Below are positions 19,527 through 29,378 of a stretch of 64,000 nt of DNA, piece after piece (the first letter of the stretch is position 1; every line of letters begins with the position of its first letter). The notes beneath the pieces are model-generated. The model ran no database searches. It saw only the letters and a list, made by a program, of their open reading frames with translations, and was not told the DNA's origin. This DNA is from a virus, in the IMG/VR virus record IMGVR_UViG_3300026292_000623, positions 8,214 through 72,213 of that record, one strand, 5' to 3'. The translations under genes and the position numbers were made by a program.

Positions 19527-20590
19527 GGTACATCTTTATTACCAAAATGTCCAAATGTACAGTTCTTACTATACATATAATACTTGAATAAATCAAATTT
19601 GTCAATGATTCCTTTTGGTGTTAAGTCGATATTTTCTTTAATGAACTTTTCAATACTTTTGTTATGTCCATTACTATCAACATATATACTTGTTGGTTCT
19701 TTAACACCAATAGCATAACTTAATTGAATACTACACCAATCAGCCATATTGTCAGCAACTACATTCTTTGCTAACCAACGTGCCATATATGCCGCACTTC
19801 TGTCTACCTTCGTAGGGTCCTTTCCGCTAAAAGCGCCACCACCGTGAGGAGCAAAGCCCCCATATGTATCAACGATAATCTTTCTGCCTGTAAGACCAGA
19901 ATCACCGTCAGGACCGCCGATAACAAAGTTACCGGTTGGATTAATATGCCATATAGTATTTTCATCAACTAAATCTCCTAATACTGTCATACCTGCTAAT
20001 TTGCATATATTTCTTGCTTGTTCAATTTGACCATCACCGTGTTGACTACTAATAACAACTTGATCAACTCTTTTTGGTCTTCCACCTTCGTACTGAATAC
20101 TTACTTGTGATTTACTGTCAGGACCTAGTACGTGTTGTCTTTGTGGTTTTAAAGTTTTAAGAATTTCGTGTGCATAAAATATAGGTGCTGGTAAGTATGC
20201 GTCATTATCATCACAAGCATATCCAAACATTATACCTTGGTCTCCTGCACCGAAGTCGTCTGTACCTAACCCAATATCTGAACTTTGTGAATGTAATTCA
20301 TTGTAGACTTTTAACTTATCCCAATGAAATCCATCTTGTTCATATCCTATTTCTTTTACTTTATCTCTAATTATTTGTTCTACTTCTTCATTAGTAACAT
20401 TAAAGTTTTTAACTTCACCTGCTACTGTTACAAGATTAGTAGTTACAAGAGTTTCAACTGCTACTCTTGTGGTATCATCGCCTGCTTTAAGACCCGCATC
20501 AACAAGAGCATCACTGATTTGATCTGCTACTTTGTCTGGGTGCCCATCACTAACACTTTCGCTAGTAAAGACATAATTACCTTGTTTCAT
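19505..20590 (-). CDS. metK: S-adenosylmethionine synthetase
   Basis: FTSESVSDGHPDK, GAGDQG, GGGAFSGKDPTKVDRS. Confidence 0.98.
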   Translation of the reverse strand: MKQGNYVFTSESVSDGHPDKVADQISDALVDAGLKAGDDTTRVAVETLVTTNLVTVAGEVKNFNVTNEEVEQIIRDKVKEIGYEQDGFHWDKLKVYNELHSQSSDIGLGTDDFGAGDQGIMFGYACDDNDAYLPAPIFYAHEILKTLKPQRQHVLGPDSKSQVSIQYEGGRPKRVDQVVISSQHGDGQIEQARNICKLAGMTVLGDLVDENTIWHINPTGNFVIGGPDGDSGLTGRKIIVDTYGGFAPHGGGAFSGKDPTKVDRSAAYMARWLAKNVVADNMADWCSIQLSYAIGVKEPTSIYVDSNGHNKSIEKFIKENIDLTPKGIIDKFDLFKYYMYSKNCTFGHFGNKDVPWEKIGW

Positions 20591-20985
20591 AGTATTGCTA
20601 TCCTTTTCCTAATTGTTTCTATTAGACTCCCTAACCCATTTCTTCGTTGTGGTGTTAGTAATTGTTGAATGTTAAGTTTCTCAAAGTCTTCTAGTTTTAT
20701 TTGCTTTGCTTCTGCAACTGTTTTATCTGAAAAACAATCACATACTATACTTGTTATTCCTTTTGTTATCATAGCATCACTGTCATAGTAAACTTGTACT
20801 TTGCCTTCTACAACACCAACGTCTACCCATATCTGTGATATACAACCTCCTACTAAACGATCTTTTGTTCTTAACTCTTTTGGTAGGTTAGTTTCTTTTT
20901 TTGCTAACTCTACAAGATATGTCAGTCTTTCTGTGCCATCTTCAATTAAGTTTAAATTATCTGCCCACTCTGTTATACTTGCCAT
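20587..20985 (-). CDS. sufE: SufE-family sulfur acceptor
   Basis: VGGCISQIW, DSDAMITKG, LTPQRRNGL. Confidence 0.95.
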   Translation of the reverse strand: MASITEWADNLNLIEDGTERLTYLVELAKKETNLPKELRTKDRLVGGCISQIWVDVGVVEGKVQVYYDSDAMITKGITSIVCDCFSDKTVAEAKQIKLEDFEKLNIQQLLTPQRRNGLGSLIETIRKRIAIL

Positions 20986-21371
20986 TATCTATGCATTCTA
21001 TTTTTGTTTTGGTAATTCTTCACTGCTGATTTAATAGCATCTTCTGCTAATACACTACAATGAATCTTAACCGGAGGTAGAGAAAGTTCATCTACAATAT
21101 CCATATTTTTAATTTCTTTTGCTTCTCCTATTGTCATACCTTTAACCATTTCTGTTACAAGACTGCTACTTGCAATAGCACTCCCACAACCATATGTTTT
21201 AAAACAAGCATCTTCTATAACTTCACCTTCTACTTTTATTTGTAACTGCATTACATCTCCACAAGCAGGTGCTCCTACAAGACCTGTTCCTACTGTAGGG
21301 TCTTCTTTATTCATTTTACCTACGTTACGTGGATTTTTGTAATGATCCATAACTTTTTTACTATAAGCCAT
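20985..21371 (-). CDS. iscU: Fe-S cluster scaffold
   Basis: DHYKNPRN, GAPACGD, GCGSAIAS, LPPVKIHCSVLAEDA. Confidence 0.97.
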   Translation of the reverse strand: MAYSKKVMDHYKNPRNVGKMNKEDPTVGTGLVGAPACGDVMQLQIKVEGEVIEDACFKTYGCGSAIASSSLVTEMVKGMTIGEAKEIKNMDIVDELSLPPVKIHCSVLAEDAIKSAVKNYQNKNRMHR

Positions 21372-21459
21372 TATAGCTTCTCCTATATTATATTGCTTAA
21401 ACCTGTATCAGTGTATATTGCTACTATCGTAAACACTAAAAGTATCGCTATTAATAATT

Positions 21460-21780
21460 TCATATTGTTTCTCCTATAAAGTAATGATTTATTAGTCCCA
21501 TTGCTATCAATGTTACCAATACACCATTAAGCATAATAAGGGCCCTATCGTGCCAAAGCATACCTACCCAAAACCAACCTAAAGTACCAAACAATCCAAA
21601 CCATAAATCAACTAGTGGCATAACACCTGTCGCTCTAGCTACTGTCGCTCCAAGGATTAATATACTTGCTATCCATTTTACATACCAGGATAAATCACCT
21701 TTAGGTGTAACTTTTTTAAATACTCTTGTAGAGTTAAGTTCTTTAATTTTATCGTCTAGTTTTTTTACGTATTGATTCAT
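21460..21780 (-). CDS. Small multi-pass membrane protein
   Basis: WYVKW...GWFWVG.LWHDRALIMLN; three hydrophobic segments. Confidence 0.75.
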   Translation of the reverse strand: MNQYVKKLDDKIKELNSTRVFKKVTPKGDLSWYVKWIASILILGATVARATGVMPLVDLWFGLFGTLGWFWVGMLWHDRALIMLNGVLVTLIAMGLINHYFIGETI

Positions 21781-21882
21781 TTTTTCTTTTTTTATCTTTT
21801 AATGTTTTTTCTATTGGAAATAAAATTACATTTTTATATTTGAATAATTGAATTCTCCATTTCAAATATTCTAAATAAGTCA

Positions 21883-22779
21883 TTAAGTTCCAATAGCATT
21901 ACCAAACAGATAAACGTGTACTCTTGCCGCAACATTGTATCCACGTTTAAATGCCTTTTCAGCAACTTTACCTGCACCTGCTGTCTGCTCTTCTTCCCTA
22001 GCACCTGTTGGCATAACCCATACTGGCCAGTCAACACCTGCTTCTTTAAACTGTTTTATTACTGATTCCATTTCATCCCACTCTCTATCATCTGGGCCTA
22101 CTACAAACTTTAATTGCCCTTTGCTAGATAGTTTTCTGTACTCTGCAACTACTTCAGGCTTAATAGCCTTATCAGGTTTCTCACCTGATACTGTAAATAG
22201 TTTAGGACTACAACTAAAAAATATTTCAGTTTTAATTCTTTTAACCCATTCTATAAATGGTTCTCTTAACTTCTGTGTACCATTAGTTTCAAATGTCATA
22301 GAACCTGGCAAGTTATTTTGTCTTTCAAGTTCTTCATATATTCCTATTGTAGCCATTTGCCCTGTTAGCATTAATGGCTCACCACCTGTAATACATAAAT
22401 GCTGTCTTTGTCCTGTTACAGGATGTAAAAACAATCCATTTGGATTACTATCATTTTTCATTATGTCTACAATTTTATTTGCTAATACTGAAGGAGTTTC
22501 TTGGCCCATAAGACTTTTAAACTTTTTGGCCCACGTATAACTACTATCACAACCTTTTTCCCATACAGGTAAATCTTCAACTCTTTCTACACTTGAAACA
22601 TCAAAATCTTCAAATGGTAATTCATAACTATCTGGGTTTGTAGGATCTAATTGTCCAAAACCATTACATTGTAGATTACATAAAAAGAATCTTATCCAGG
22701 CAGTAGGAACTCCTGTATAATGTCCTTCGCCTTGTATAGAATGAAATATTTCTGAGTAGTAATATTTTTTCTCTTCCAT
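21883..22779 (-). CDS. queE: 7-carboxy-7-deazaguanine synthase (QueE-type radical SAM)
   Basis: EIFHSIQGEG, CNLQC...CDS, ITGGEP, ETNG, SPKL, R.H..LFGN. Confidence 0.9.
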   Translation of the reverse strand: MEEKKYYYSEIFHSIQGEGHYTGVPTAWIRFFLCNLQCNGFGQLDPTNPDSYELPFEDFDVSSVERVEDLPVWEKGCDSSYTWAKKFKSLMGQETPSVLANKIVDIMKNDSNPNGLFLHPVTGQRQHLCITGGEPLMLTGQMATIGIYEELERQNNLPGSMTFETNGTQKLREPFIEWVKRIKTEIFFSCSPKLFTVSGEKPDKAIKPEVVAEYRKLSSKGQLKFVVGPDDREWDEMESVIKQFKEAGVDWPVWVMPTGAREEEQTAGAGKVAEKAFKRGYNVAARVHVYLFGNAIGT

Positions 22780-22812
22780 ACTTATTTATATCCTTTTGCT
22801 TTAAATACTAAG

Positions 22813-22848
22813 AAAAGATCCGTAATTATTAGGCACCACGGATCTTTT
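22813..22848. terminator. Inverted repeat, probable terminator
   Basis: AAAAGATCCGT-14 nt-ACGGATCTTTT between glycine-zipper gene and queE; TATAAATA at 22783-22790 (minus). Confidence 0.65.
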
Positions 22849-22860
22849 ATAAATTTTGAG

Positions 22861-23370
22861 TTACTGTCTTTGAAACGTAAGTTCAAAAACTTTACCATTT
22901 TGATCAGTAAATCTAATTGTACTGTGGCTATACACGTTTTGTTGAACTGTATTATATGTTGTATTAGTTTCACAGATTGTTTGTCTCTTATAACCAACAA
23001 TATTATTGTTATTATTCTGAGCATTGTTTTTACCAATCTTAGAACCAATTACTGCACCAACACCTGTTGCAACTTTACTACCGTCTCCACTTCCAATTTT
23101 AGAACCAATTACACCACCAATAATAGCACCTAGTATTTCTGCACCATCTGTACTACCACCTGTGTTTCCATATATCGGAACATCAACTTCTCTACAAGTT
23201 TGAGTAGATGGGTTGGGTGTTTTGATTGTTTTAACGATATAATGATCTTTAATATACGCCCTATCTGTCTTTACAGGATCAGATGTAAATCCACCTGCAC
23301 TAGCAGTTGACGTATATGTTAAAATTATTGCAACTGTTAATGTTACAATACTAGTTATTACTTTTCCCAT
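22861..23370 (-). CDS. Glycine-zipper 2TM domain protein
   Basis: Signal peptide; GAIIGGVIGSKIGSGDG...GVGAVIG. Confidence 0.88.
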   Translation of the reverse strand: MGKVITSIVTLTVAIILTYTSTASAGGFTSDPVKTDRAYIKDHYIVKTIKTPNPSTQTCREVDVPIYGNTGGSTDGAEILGAIIGGVIGSKIGSGDGSKVATGVGAVIGSKIGKNNAQNNNNNIVGYKRQTICETNTTYNTVQQNVYSHSTIRFTDQNGKVFELTFQRQ

Positions 23371-24145
23371 TTGTAACCTCCTTGATTAATAGGGTTTCAT
23401 TTACCTTAACAACGTTCTTTATTATACTATGATTTAGGATATTTGTCAATGCTTTTACATCTTTAGGAAAACAAGATCCACTATATCCTAGTGTTCCTTG
23501 AGAGTTTGGCACTAGCATATGTGTCGATCCTATAGTAGGAAATTTTCCTAATACACTAGATAAAGTGCCATAGTTTACCTCAGGTTGTATTTTATCATAT
23601 AACTCATGAAACCAAGCCACTTTTGTAGCTAACCAGGCGTTATGAGTATATTTTATTATACTTGCTGTCTCTCTATTGGTAAATTCTGTTGGAATAGCAA
23701 CTGTATGAATTTCATTAAATAAGTCTGCCCACCAAACGGCATCATCATACATATTATCATGATGTCCAAATATCTGTATATGTTGGTTAGCAAAATCTTC
23801 TTTTGCACTTGCTTCACGTAAAAATTCTGGGTTGTATACTACGTTATTATCGTAGCCACTTAATAAGTCTGGTGTTACAGTACTCTTTAATAATATTCTT
23901 TCTCCGTGGTTGCATAACTTTAATACTTCTCTAATATGTTTATCGTCGCAACTTCCATCTTCTTTACTTGGTGTTGGTACACAAATAATTATACCATCTG
24001 CTTTAATTATAGCATCAATAGGATAATTTTCTGGATATAGTTTAGGATCAACTCTAGTTACTTCTACTCCGCCTTGCTCTAAAAAGTCAGCAACTGTTCC
24101 TCCTACAAACCCACAACCAAATACTGCTATCTTATATGTCTTCAA
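23351..24145 (-). CDS. UDP-glucose/GDP-mannose dehydrogenase family protein
   Basis: GCGFVG, ICVPTP, KSTV, NPEFL, KY..N, GSCFPKD. Confidence 0.92.
   Translation of the reverse strand: MKTYKIAVFGCGFVGGTVADFLEQGGVEVTRVDPKLYPENYPIDAIIKADGIIICVPTPSKEDGSCDDKHIREVLKLCNHGERILLKSTVTPDLLSGYDNNVVYNPEFLREASAKEDFANQHIQIFGHHDNMYDDAVWWADLFNEIHTVAIPTEFTNRETASIIKYTHNAWLATKVAWFHELYDKIQPEVNYGTLSSVLGKFPTIGSTHMLVPNSQGTLGYSGSCFPKDVKALTNILNHSIIKNVVKVNETLLIKEVTNGKSNN
23421..23449 (-). promoter_or_regulatory. Consensus sigma70 promoter inside 3' end of dehydrogenase gene
   Basis: TTGACA-17-TATAAT ~50 nt upstream of glycine-zipper gene. Confidence 0.75.
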
Positions 24146-24907
24146 TTATCTATCCTTTAAATATTTTTGAAATGTTACTGTTCCTGTTTTTATTAACTTT
24201 TTCCAATCTTCTCTTGGTTCAGTTTCTAATGCTCTACACAGGTTGAGATATTCTCCTTCTACCTCATTTAATAGTCTTCCTATGTTAACAATATAATTTG
24301 GAGCTAACTCTGCTAGGTATGGAAAGTTTGTTGTAACATTTTTCATATCTATCATTTTAACATAAGTTGATTTTAGTTTTTCTCTTCTAGATCTAACACT
24401 ATCTTCTAAAGTTAAATCATACAGCCTTCTACCAATTAACCACTCATAGTCTCCAGCTATCATCATAATATTTTTATAAGGTTTACATTCTTTTAATATA
24501 TCTGAATTAATTTGCCAAGTACGAGCTTTACCTGGATTGTGTTGAGCTGATAATTTTAATGCAATACTTTTATACGACTTTTTTTCAACATAGTCAGGCA
24601 TAAAATACTTTTCGTGATCATTTAATGATATATACTCTTTTTCTGTTAGGCCTAGTTTTCTTAGTCTAGGTGGCATCGCTATCTTGTCAACAGGCATTTT
24701 AGTATTAATATGCCAACTTACTCCATCACACTTATAATGTAAAGGTAAGTCAAATTCGTATTTCGTTCCAGCTGACCCGGCGACTGGACTATATAAATAT
24801 CTTCCCTTAAACTTTGGAAAGTCGTTATGTTGATTGATAAACCATAACAGCCAGGTGCCGGGCCAACCCGAATCGTGCCAAACTAAAAATAACTTTTTAT
24901 TTTTCAT
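24146..24907 (-). CDS. Hypothetical, sulfotransferase-like N-terminus
   Basis: SGWPGTWLLWFINQH; paralog starts at 63836. Confidence 0.55.
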   Translation of the reverse strand: MKNKKLFLVWHDSGWPGTWLLWFINQHNDFPKFKGRYLYSPVAGSAGTKYEFDLPLHYKCDGVSWHINTKMPVDKIAMPPRLRKLGLTEKEYISLNDHEKYFMPDYVEKKSYKSIALKLSAQHNPGKARTWQINSDILKECKPYKNIMMIAGDYEWLIGRRLYDLTLEDSVRSRREKLKSTYVKMIDMKNVTTNFPYLAELAPNYIVNIGRLLNEVEGEYLNLCRALETEPREDWKKLIKTGTVTFQKYLKDR

Positions 24908-25386
24908 TATACTAAATTACTATACTTCTTTAATTTTAGTTTCTTAACTTTTTTACGTGCTTTAATCTCATCTTTAGTAATATAACCTGCATCTTTGATT
25001 AAGTCAATCATATATGCTACATCACCTACTTCTTCAATTAAGGCTTGTATCTTTTTCTTGTCAATACCCCATCTAGCAATCTTCATACATATTTGTACTA
25101 ACTCGCCACATTCTTCAGCAGTTATACAAAATAATTCTTTTTCTTTATTTAGATCTGATTTAACAATTTCTTCTTTGAATTCTGTTTTCACTTCGTGTTC
25201 TCTCCATACCGTTGAATATCCATCTGGGTATGCTGACTGATAGTAATCAATTCCTTGATGATTTCGCATTTTCCATAACATCCAATCGTAGTATCTTTCT
25301 GGTTCTTTATCTTCTGCCAACTCATTATTCCTTCTCTGATTATTCCCATAAGTGATCGTAATATTTGCCAAACAGCCTATAACCAT
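24907..25386 (-). CDS. MazG-like nucleotide pyrophosphohydrolase domain protein (start uncertain)
   Basis: EECGEL...K..R...EEVGDV. Confidence 0.75.
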   Translation of the reverse strand: MVIGCLANITITYGNNQRRNNELAEDKEPERYYDWMLWKMRNHQGIDYYQSAYPDGYSTVWREHEVKTEFKEEIVKSDLNKEKELFCITAEECGELVQICMKIARWGIDKKKIQALIEEVGDVAYMIDLIKDAGYITKDEIKARKKVKKLKLKKYSNLV

Positions 25387-25828
25387 TTTCTACTCGATCT
25401 CTATATTTCTGCATTCCTTTTTTGTCAACTTTATATGTATGATTAGGACCTTCTGTCATTTCCATCAAGCCAGGTTCTATCTTGTCTTTTAATTTCATAT
25501 CCCATACACCAGAAGTAAACTCTTGTTCCCAATCATATAGTTTAGATTTAAAAGCAAATATCATTTCGTCTAGTATCCACTCCCAACACTCTTCATCTGT
25601 TTTATATTGTATTGGAGCATCTAAACTTTCTTCTAATAGAACAGGTATACCTTTTGTATTTGATTTTTTTAATTGAACTAGCATAGGATGGATAATATGT
25701 GCTAATGTCACATCCATATTAAAAGTATCCCATTCATCAATCTTTACAGATATATGTTGCTCTTTATTCATACCCATCTTATAAAGTATTCCAGATGGAT
25801 TTGGATAATCTTTAATATTAACTTTCAT
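25340..25828 (-). CDS. Conserved hypothetical phage protein
   Basis: TLAHIIHPML.QLK...WILDEMIFAF...LFGKYY. Confidence 0.75.
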   Translation of the reverse strand: MKVNIKDYPNPSGILYKMGMNKEQHISVKIDEWDTFNMDVTLAHIIHPMLVQLKKSNTKGIPVLLEESLDAPIQYKTDEECWEWILDEMIFAFKSKLYDWEQEFTSGVWDMKLKDKIEPGLMEMTEGPNHTYKVDKKGMQKYRDRVENGYRLFGKYYDHLWE

Positions 25829-26036
25829 AGTTTACTACCTTTACATTATTTCTAGTTGATTTTTTCCGCCAAACGTCTGCGGCCTTTTCTGCGTCTGTCT
25901 TAGACTTATAAGTTTCTGGAACAAGATCCCAACAATGTTTGCTATTACTTTTTGTTACATAGATCCAATCGTTAGGAGCAAGTTCAACTTTTATTGCATA
26001 TTGTTTCGTCACTTTGCCTCCCAATGTTCGTTGCAC
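25818..26036 (-). CDS. Hypothetical protein
   Basis: Short ORF filling operon gap. Confidence 0.6.
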   Translation of the reverse strand: MQRTLGGKVTKQYAIKVELAPNDWIYVTKSNSKHCWDLVPETYKSKTDAEKAADVWRKKSTRNNVKVVNYES

Positions 26037-26584
26037 CTTGGTTCATAAGTTTCTGCACCACCTACTTTTACTCTTTCACTCATTTTAGTGGCTCTTAGTC
26101 TTTGAGTTTTACCAGCATCTAAACCACATACAGTACAAAATGCTTTTATTTTTAATACTTCATCAGCTAATGCTAAACATCTTGATGTAGTTTCAAAAGG
26201 CACTCCTCTACTATCTTGATCTAATCCTGATACTACAAAATTAACTCCTTCTCTCAAACCTTCTTCAATGAACCACATAGTTTCTGACGTATCAAAAAAT
26301 TGCACTTCATCAATGAATACTGTGTGAAAGTTATAAGGTTTAATTGTGTAATTGTCTTTGACTAACTCAAGGTCTATTACTGCTACTGCTGGATGTTTTA
26401 ATTGATTGTGTGTGACAATAAAATTACTATCATACCTATCATCAATAACTGGCTTCAGCACTAGAACCTTGTGTCCGCCATGTTCGATAAAGAGCAATCG
26501 CTTTAGAAGCTCACTGCTCTTACCGGCAAACATAGGGCCTGCGATGACCTCTAGTTTGCCTCTTTTATATGGTTTAACTGACAT
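26009..26584 (-). CDS. tdk: Thymidine kinase
   Basis: GPMFAGKS, IDEVQF, GLDQD, CTVC, GGAETYEPRC. Confidence 0.96.
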   Translation of the reverse strand: MSVKPYKRGKLEVIAGPMFAGKSSELLKRLLFIEHGGHKVLVLKPVIDDRYDSNFIVTHNQLKHPAVAVIDLELVKDNYTIKPYNFHTVFIDEVQFFDTSETMWFIEEGLREGVNFVVSGLDQDSRGVPFETTSRCLALADEVLKIKAFCTVCGLDAGKTQRLRATKMSERVKVGGAETYEPRCNEHWEAK

Positions 26585-29271
26585 TAAAATGTTACCTTAT
26601 AGTTAATGCCAAATTCAACAGTATCGTTTTCAGTACCTGCATAGTTTGTTCTCATCTCTGCAAAACTTGAGATTGAACTATTTTCAGTAAGTCCTACATT
26701 GTAAAACACACCAAAGTCTATCTCTCTATTTTGTGACTTTAACGAACTGTTTATTTCGCTATTCTCAATATCACCATTAGCACTTACTGTAGAAGGCATA
26801 TTAAACTTCGCATCTCCATCTACTATAGCAACTGGCATACTTGTTGTAAACCCGAAGCTATGGGTGTCTATTGTACGTTTAACACCTATTGTAGCACTAT
26901 TTGACAACATTAAATCTGCACTTTTAAGCATTGAGCTTTTATCAACGTTTAGATTAGTGAAACCTACTGTTGCACTACCAAACACGTTAACGCCATTTCC
27001 TACATCAAAATTATTGTTATAACCTACGTATGTAGTTTGTGAACCGTTAACTCTCATAAGAGGACTATCAGCAATATTACCTAAGAAGCTTTTATCTTCT
27101 GTAATATAACCTATTGTAAACTTATTTATGTTTGTAGCAATTCCGTACTGACTAGCATTTTCATTGACACTTAACATTGTATTATACGATACTGGTACAA
27201 AATGTCCACCTGTATAACCTGCATAATAGTTTGTATCAAATCCTGCTTTAGTATTTAAAATAGCACTAGTAGTTCTAGTATCATTAACTTGAACCATACT
27301 ATTTCCATCAAAGTAATAGTCTCTGTCATATTCGTCAACTACCATTACTTCAGTCAATGCTGAAATTGTAGCACCACCACTCATTGCAATAGTACCGTCT
27401 ACACTAACTGTATTTCCATCTGCTCTACCTGTTGTAGGAATACCAACTGCACCTTGTGGAAGTGTTGCCGCATCTAAATCCAACAAACCTTGACCATGAA
27501 CGTTAACATCATAATTTGCTATTGTTTTATCTGCTGTCGTTAACAATAACTTCTTAATGTTTTCACCTTTCATATGTGGCCACATTTGATGTATAATAGC
27601 AACTGCACCACTAACCTGTGGAGCCGCCATCGACGTACCACTATTAGTTCTGTATTCACCATTAGCATCTGGTGCCGCAATATATCTACCTGGCGCCATA
27701 ATATAATGATCACTAACTCTATTATTTGAATTACAAGTATTAGTAATCGCATTAAAGTCATAACAGATAGTACCTGCTTTGTTACTACCGTGTGCTATCT
27801 TATTAGTTCTTGTATCCCAATTACCAACAATAATAACTCTTTCACCAACACCTTCTTCAAATGCAAGTTTACTTGGTTGTCCTGCAAAATCAGCATTTTG
27901 ATTACCTGCCGCTAATACAAGAATTGCTTCATGACCTTTCATTGCTTCAACAATATTTTTGTAATATAGATCACTACTGTATAGAGCCGCATATCCATAT
28001 TTGTCATATGTAATACCATTTCTACCTCTTGTATCATTTGCAAAATACATACCCGGTGATACTTCTGTAGCACTATTCATATAAGTTCTATCAAAGTTAT
28101 AGTTTGCACTTATATTGATTACATCAGCACCATGCTCAACTGACCAAGCAATAGCTTCATCGGCTGTACTAAAATCAAACATACCAAAGTTCCAGGCTGT
28201 TTTAGCAATTAATAGATCTGCATCTGGAGCAACACCTGTAGTACCTACGCCATCTAAATTACCTGCCGCGATACCTGCAACGTGTGTTCCGTGTGAATAT
28301 CTATTTCCATCATGAATAGTTTCATGACCAGCTTTACAAGCACCTGTGAAACATTGTGCTCCTATAATTTTATTTTCAAACTCACTGTGGTCCATATCAA
28401 TACCAGTATCTAGTATAGCAATGACACTACCGTCACCTGTATATCCTCTACTCCAGGCCGCCGGTGCACCAATTACTTCTAAATGATTACCATAGTGTTT
28501 AGAAAGAACTTCTGTAGTATACCACTCATTAATTCTACTATTCATATTCCAAACTGCATCTTTATAAGTTTGTGTATCATACAAAGATACATCAGACCTA
28601 GCAAGATATTCAGCTTCAGTTAAAGTAATAACTACTGTATCTTCTTTTGGTTCTTCAATTACTACTGCATATTCTCTGATAAGTTCTCTTTCAACTTTTG
28701 TTTCAGTTTCAGCAGTCTTTTCTATTTTGATTGTTTTAACATCACTAGTAGAACCTTTTGATCCATCACTATAATGTTTAATAGTTTGTGTATTCTGCCA
28801 ATGTTGTTTTTTAATAGGAGTAGAATATATTTTAGTAACAACTGCAAATTCTTTAACAGTATTACCAGTTCGTTCTTCTACAACTACTGAACTTTCACTA
28901 GCAACGACAGTATCACCTTTAGTCACAATAACACCATTAGTAACTTTAGTTTCTGTTTTAACCAAAGTAACTACTGATTCTTTTTTATTGATCAGTGATT
29001 GAAATTTTACTATTTCACCTTTTTGCCATTCATATCTGGCTTTCATATTTTGGAACCATGAATATTTTCCAAATAGGTGATCGTACCTTGTAATTAAACT
29101 ACCGTACGTTTTATTACTTCTCTCATATGCTTTAATCATTGAAGTAGAGAAGCTGATTTGCAATCCGCTATTTAAACTAGACGCATAATCATAATAGCTC
29201 TTAAATTGACTAGCATTTGCTGATGTAGACAATCCTACAATTAACAATGCAACTGCAATTAGCTTTTTCAT
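26584..29271 (-). CDS. S8 subtilase with signal peptide and beta-rich, autotransporter-like C-terminus
   Basis: ILDTG, HGTHVAG, AAGN, GTSMAAP; ends GINYKVTF. Confidence 0.92.
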   Translation of the reverse strand: MKKLIAVALLIVGLSTSANASQFKSYYDYASSLNSGLQISFSTSMIKAYERSNKTYGSLITRYDHLFGKYSWFQNMKARYEWQKGEIVKFQSLINKKESVVTLVKTETKVTNGVIVTKGDTVVASESSVVVEERTGNTVKEFAVVTKIYSTPIKKQHWQNTQTIKHYSDGSKGSTSDVKTIKIEKTAETETKVERELIREYAVVIEEPKEDTVVITLTEAEYLARSDVSLYDTQTYKDAVWNMNSRINEWYTTEVLSKHYGNHLEVIGAPAAWSRGYTGDGSVIAILDTGIDMDHSEFENKIIGAQCFTGACKAGHETIHDGNRYSHGTHVAGIAAGNLDGVGTTGVAPDADLLIAKTAWNFGMFDFSTADEAIAWSVEHGADVINISANYNFDRTYMNSATEVSPGMYFANDTRGRNGITYDKYGYAALYSSDLYYKNIVEAMKGHEAILVLAAGNQNADFAGQPSKLAFEEGVGERVIIVGNWDTRTNKIAHGSNKAGTICYDFNAITNTCNSNNRVSDHYIMAPGRYIAAPDANGEYRTNSGTSMAAPQVSGAVAIIHQMWPHMKGENIKKLLLTTADKTIANYDVNVHGQGLLDLDAATLPQGAVGIPTTGRADGNTVSVDGTIAMSGGATISALTEVMVVDEYDRDYYFDGNSMVQVNDTRTTSAILNTKAGFDTNYYAGYTGGHFVPVSYNTMLSVNENASQYGIATNINKFTIGYITEDKSFLGNIADSPLMRVNGSQTTYVGYNNNFDVGNGVNVFGSATVGFTNLNVDKSSMLKSADLMLSNSATIGVKRTIDTHSFGFTTSMPVAIVDGDAKFNMPSTVSANGDIENSEINSSLKSQNREIDFGVFYNVGLTENSSISSFAEMRTNYAGTENDTVEFGINYKVTF

Positions 29272-29309
29272 AATAGTCTCCTGACTGTTTTTAGTTTATC
29301 AATACATAT

Positions 29310-29338
29310 ATAATAACAAAGAATACCAAGAATGTCAA
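29310..29338 (-). promoter_or_regulatory. Sigma70-type promoter for S8 protease
   Basis: GGTTGACA-17-TATTAT. Confidence 0.8.
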
Positions 29339-29378
29339 CCGAAATGTCTTGGTTAAAAGCCCAATAAAATCAAGGGTT

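Noticed and set aside
21935-22540. 201-aa plus-strand ORF and the many other short antisense or alternative-frame ORFs in the track
   Set aside because: They lie inside recognisable minus-strand genes and show no motifs or RBS.
22780-22860. preQ1 riboswitch upstream of queE
   Set aside because: The hairpin lacks preQ1-I loop and A-rich tail signatures; a terminator explains it more simply.
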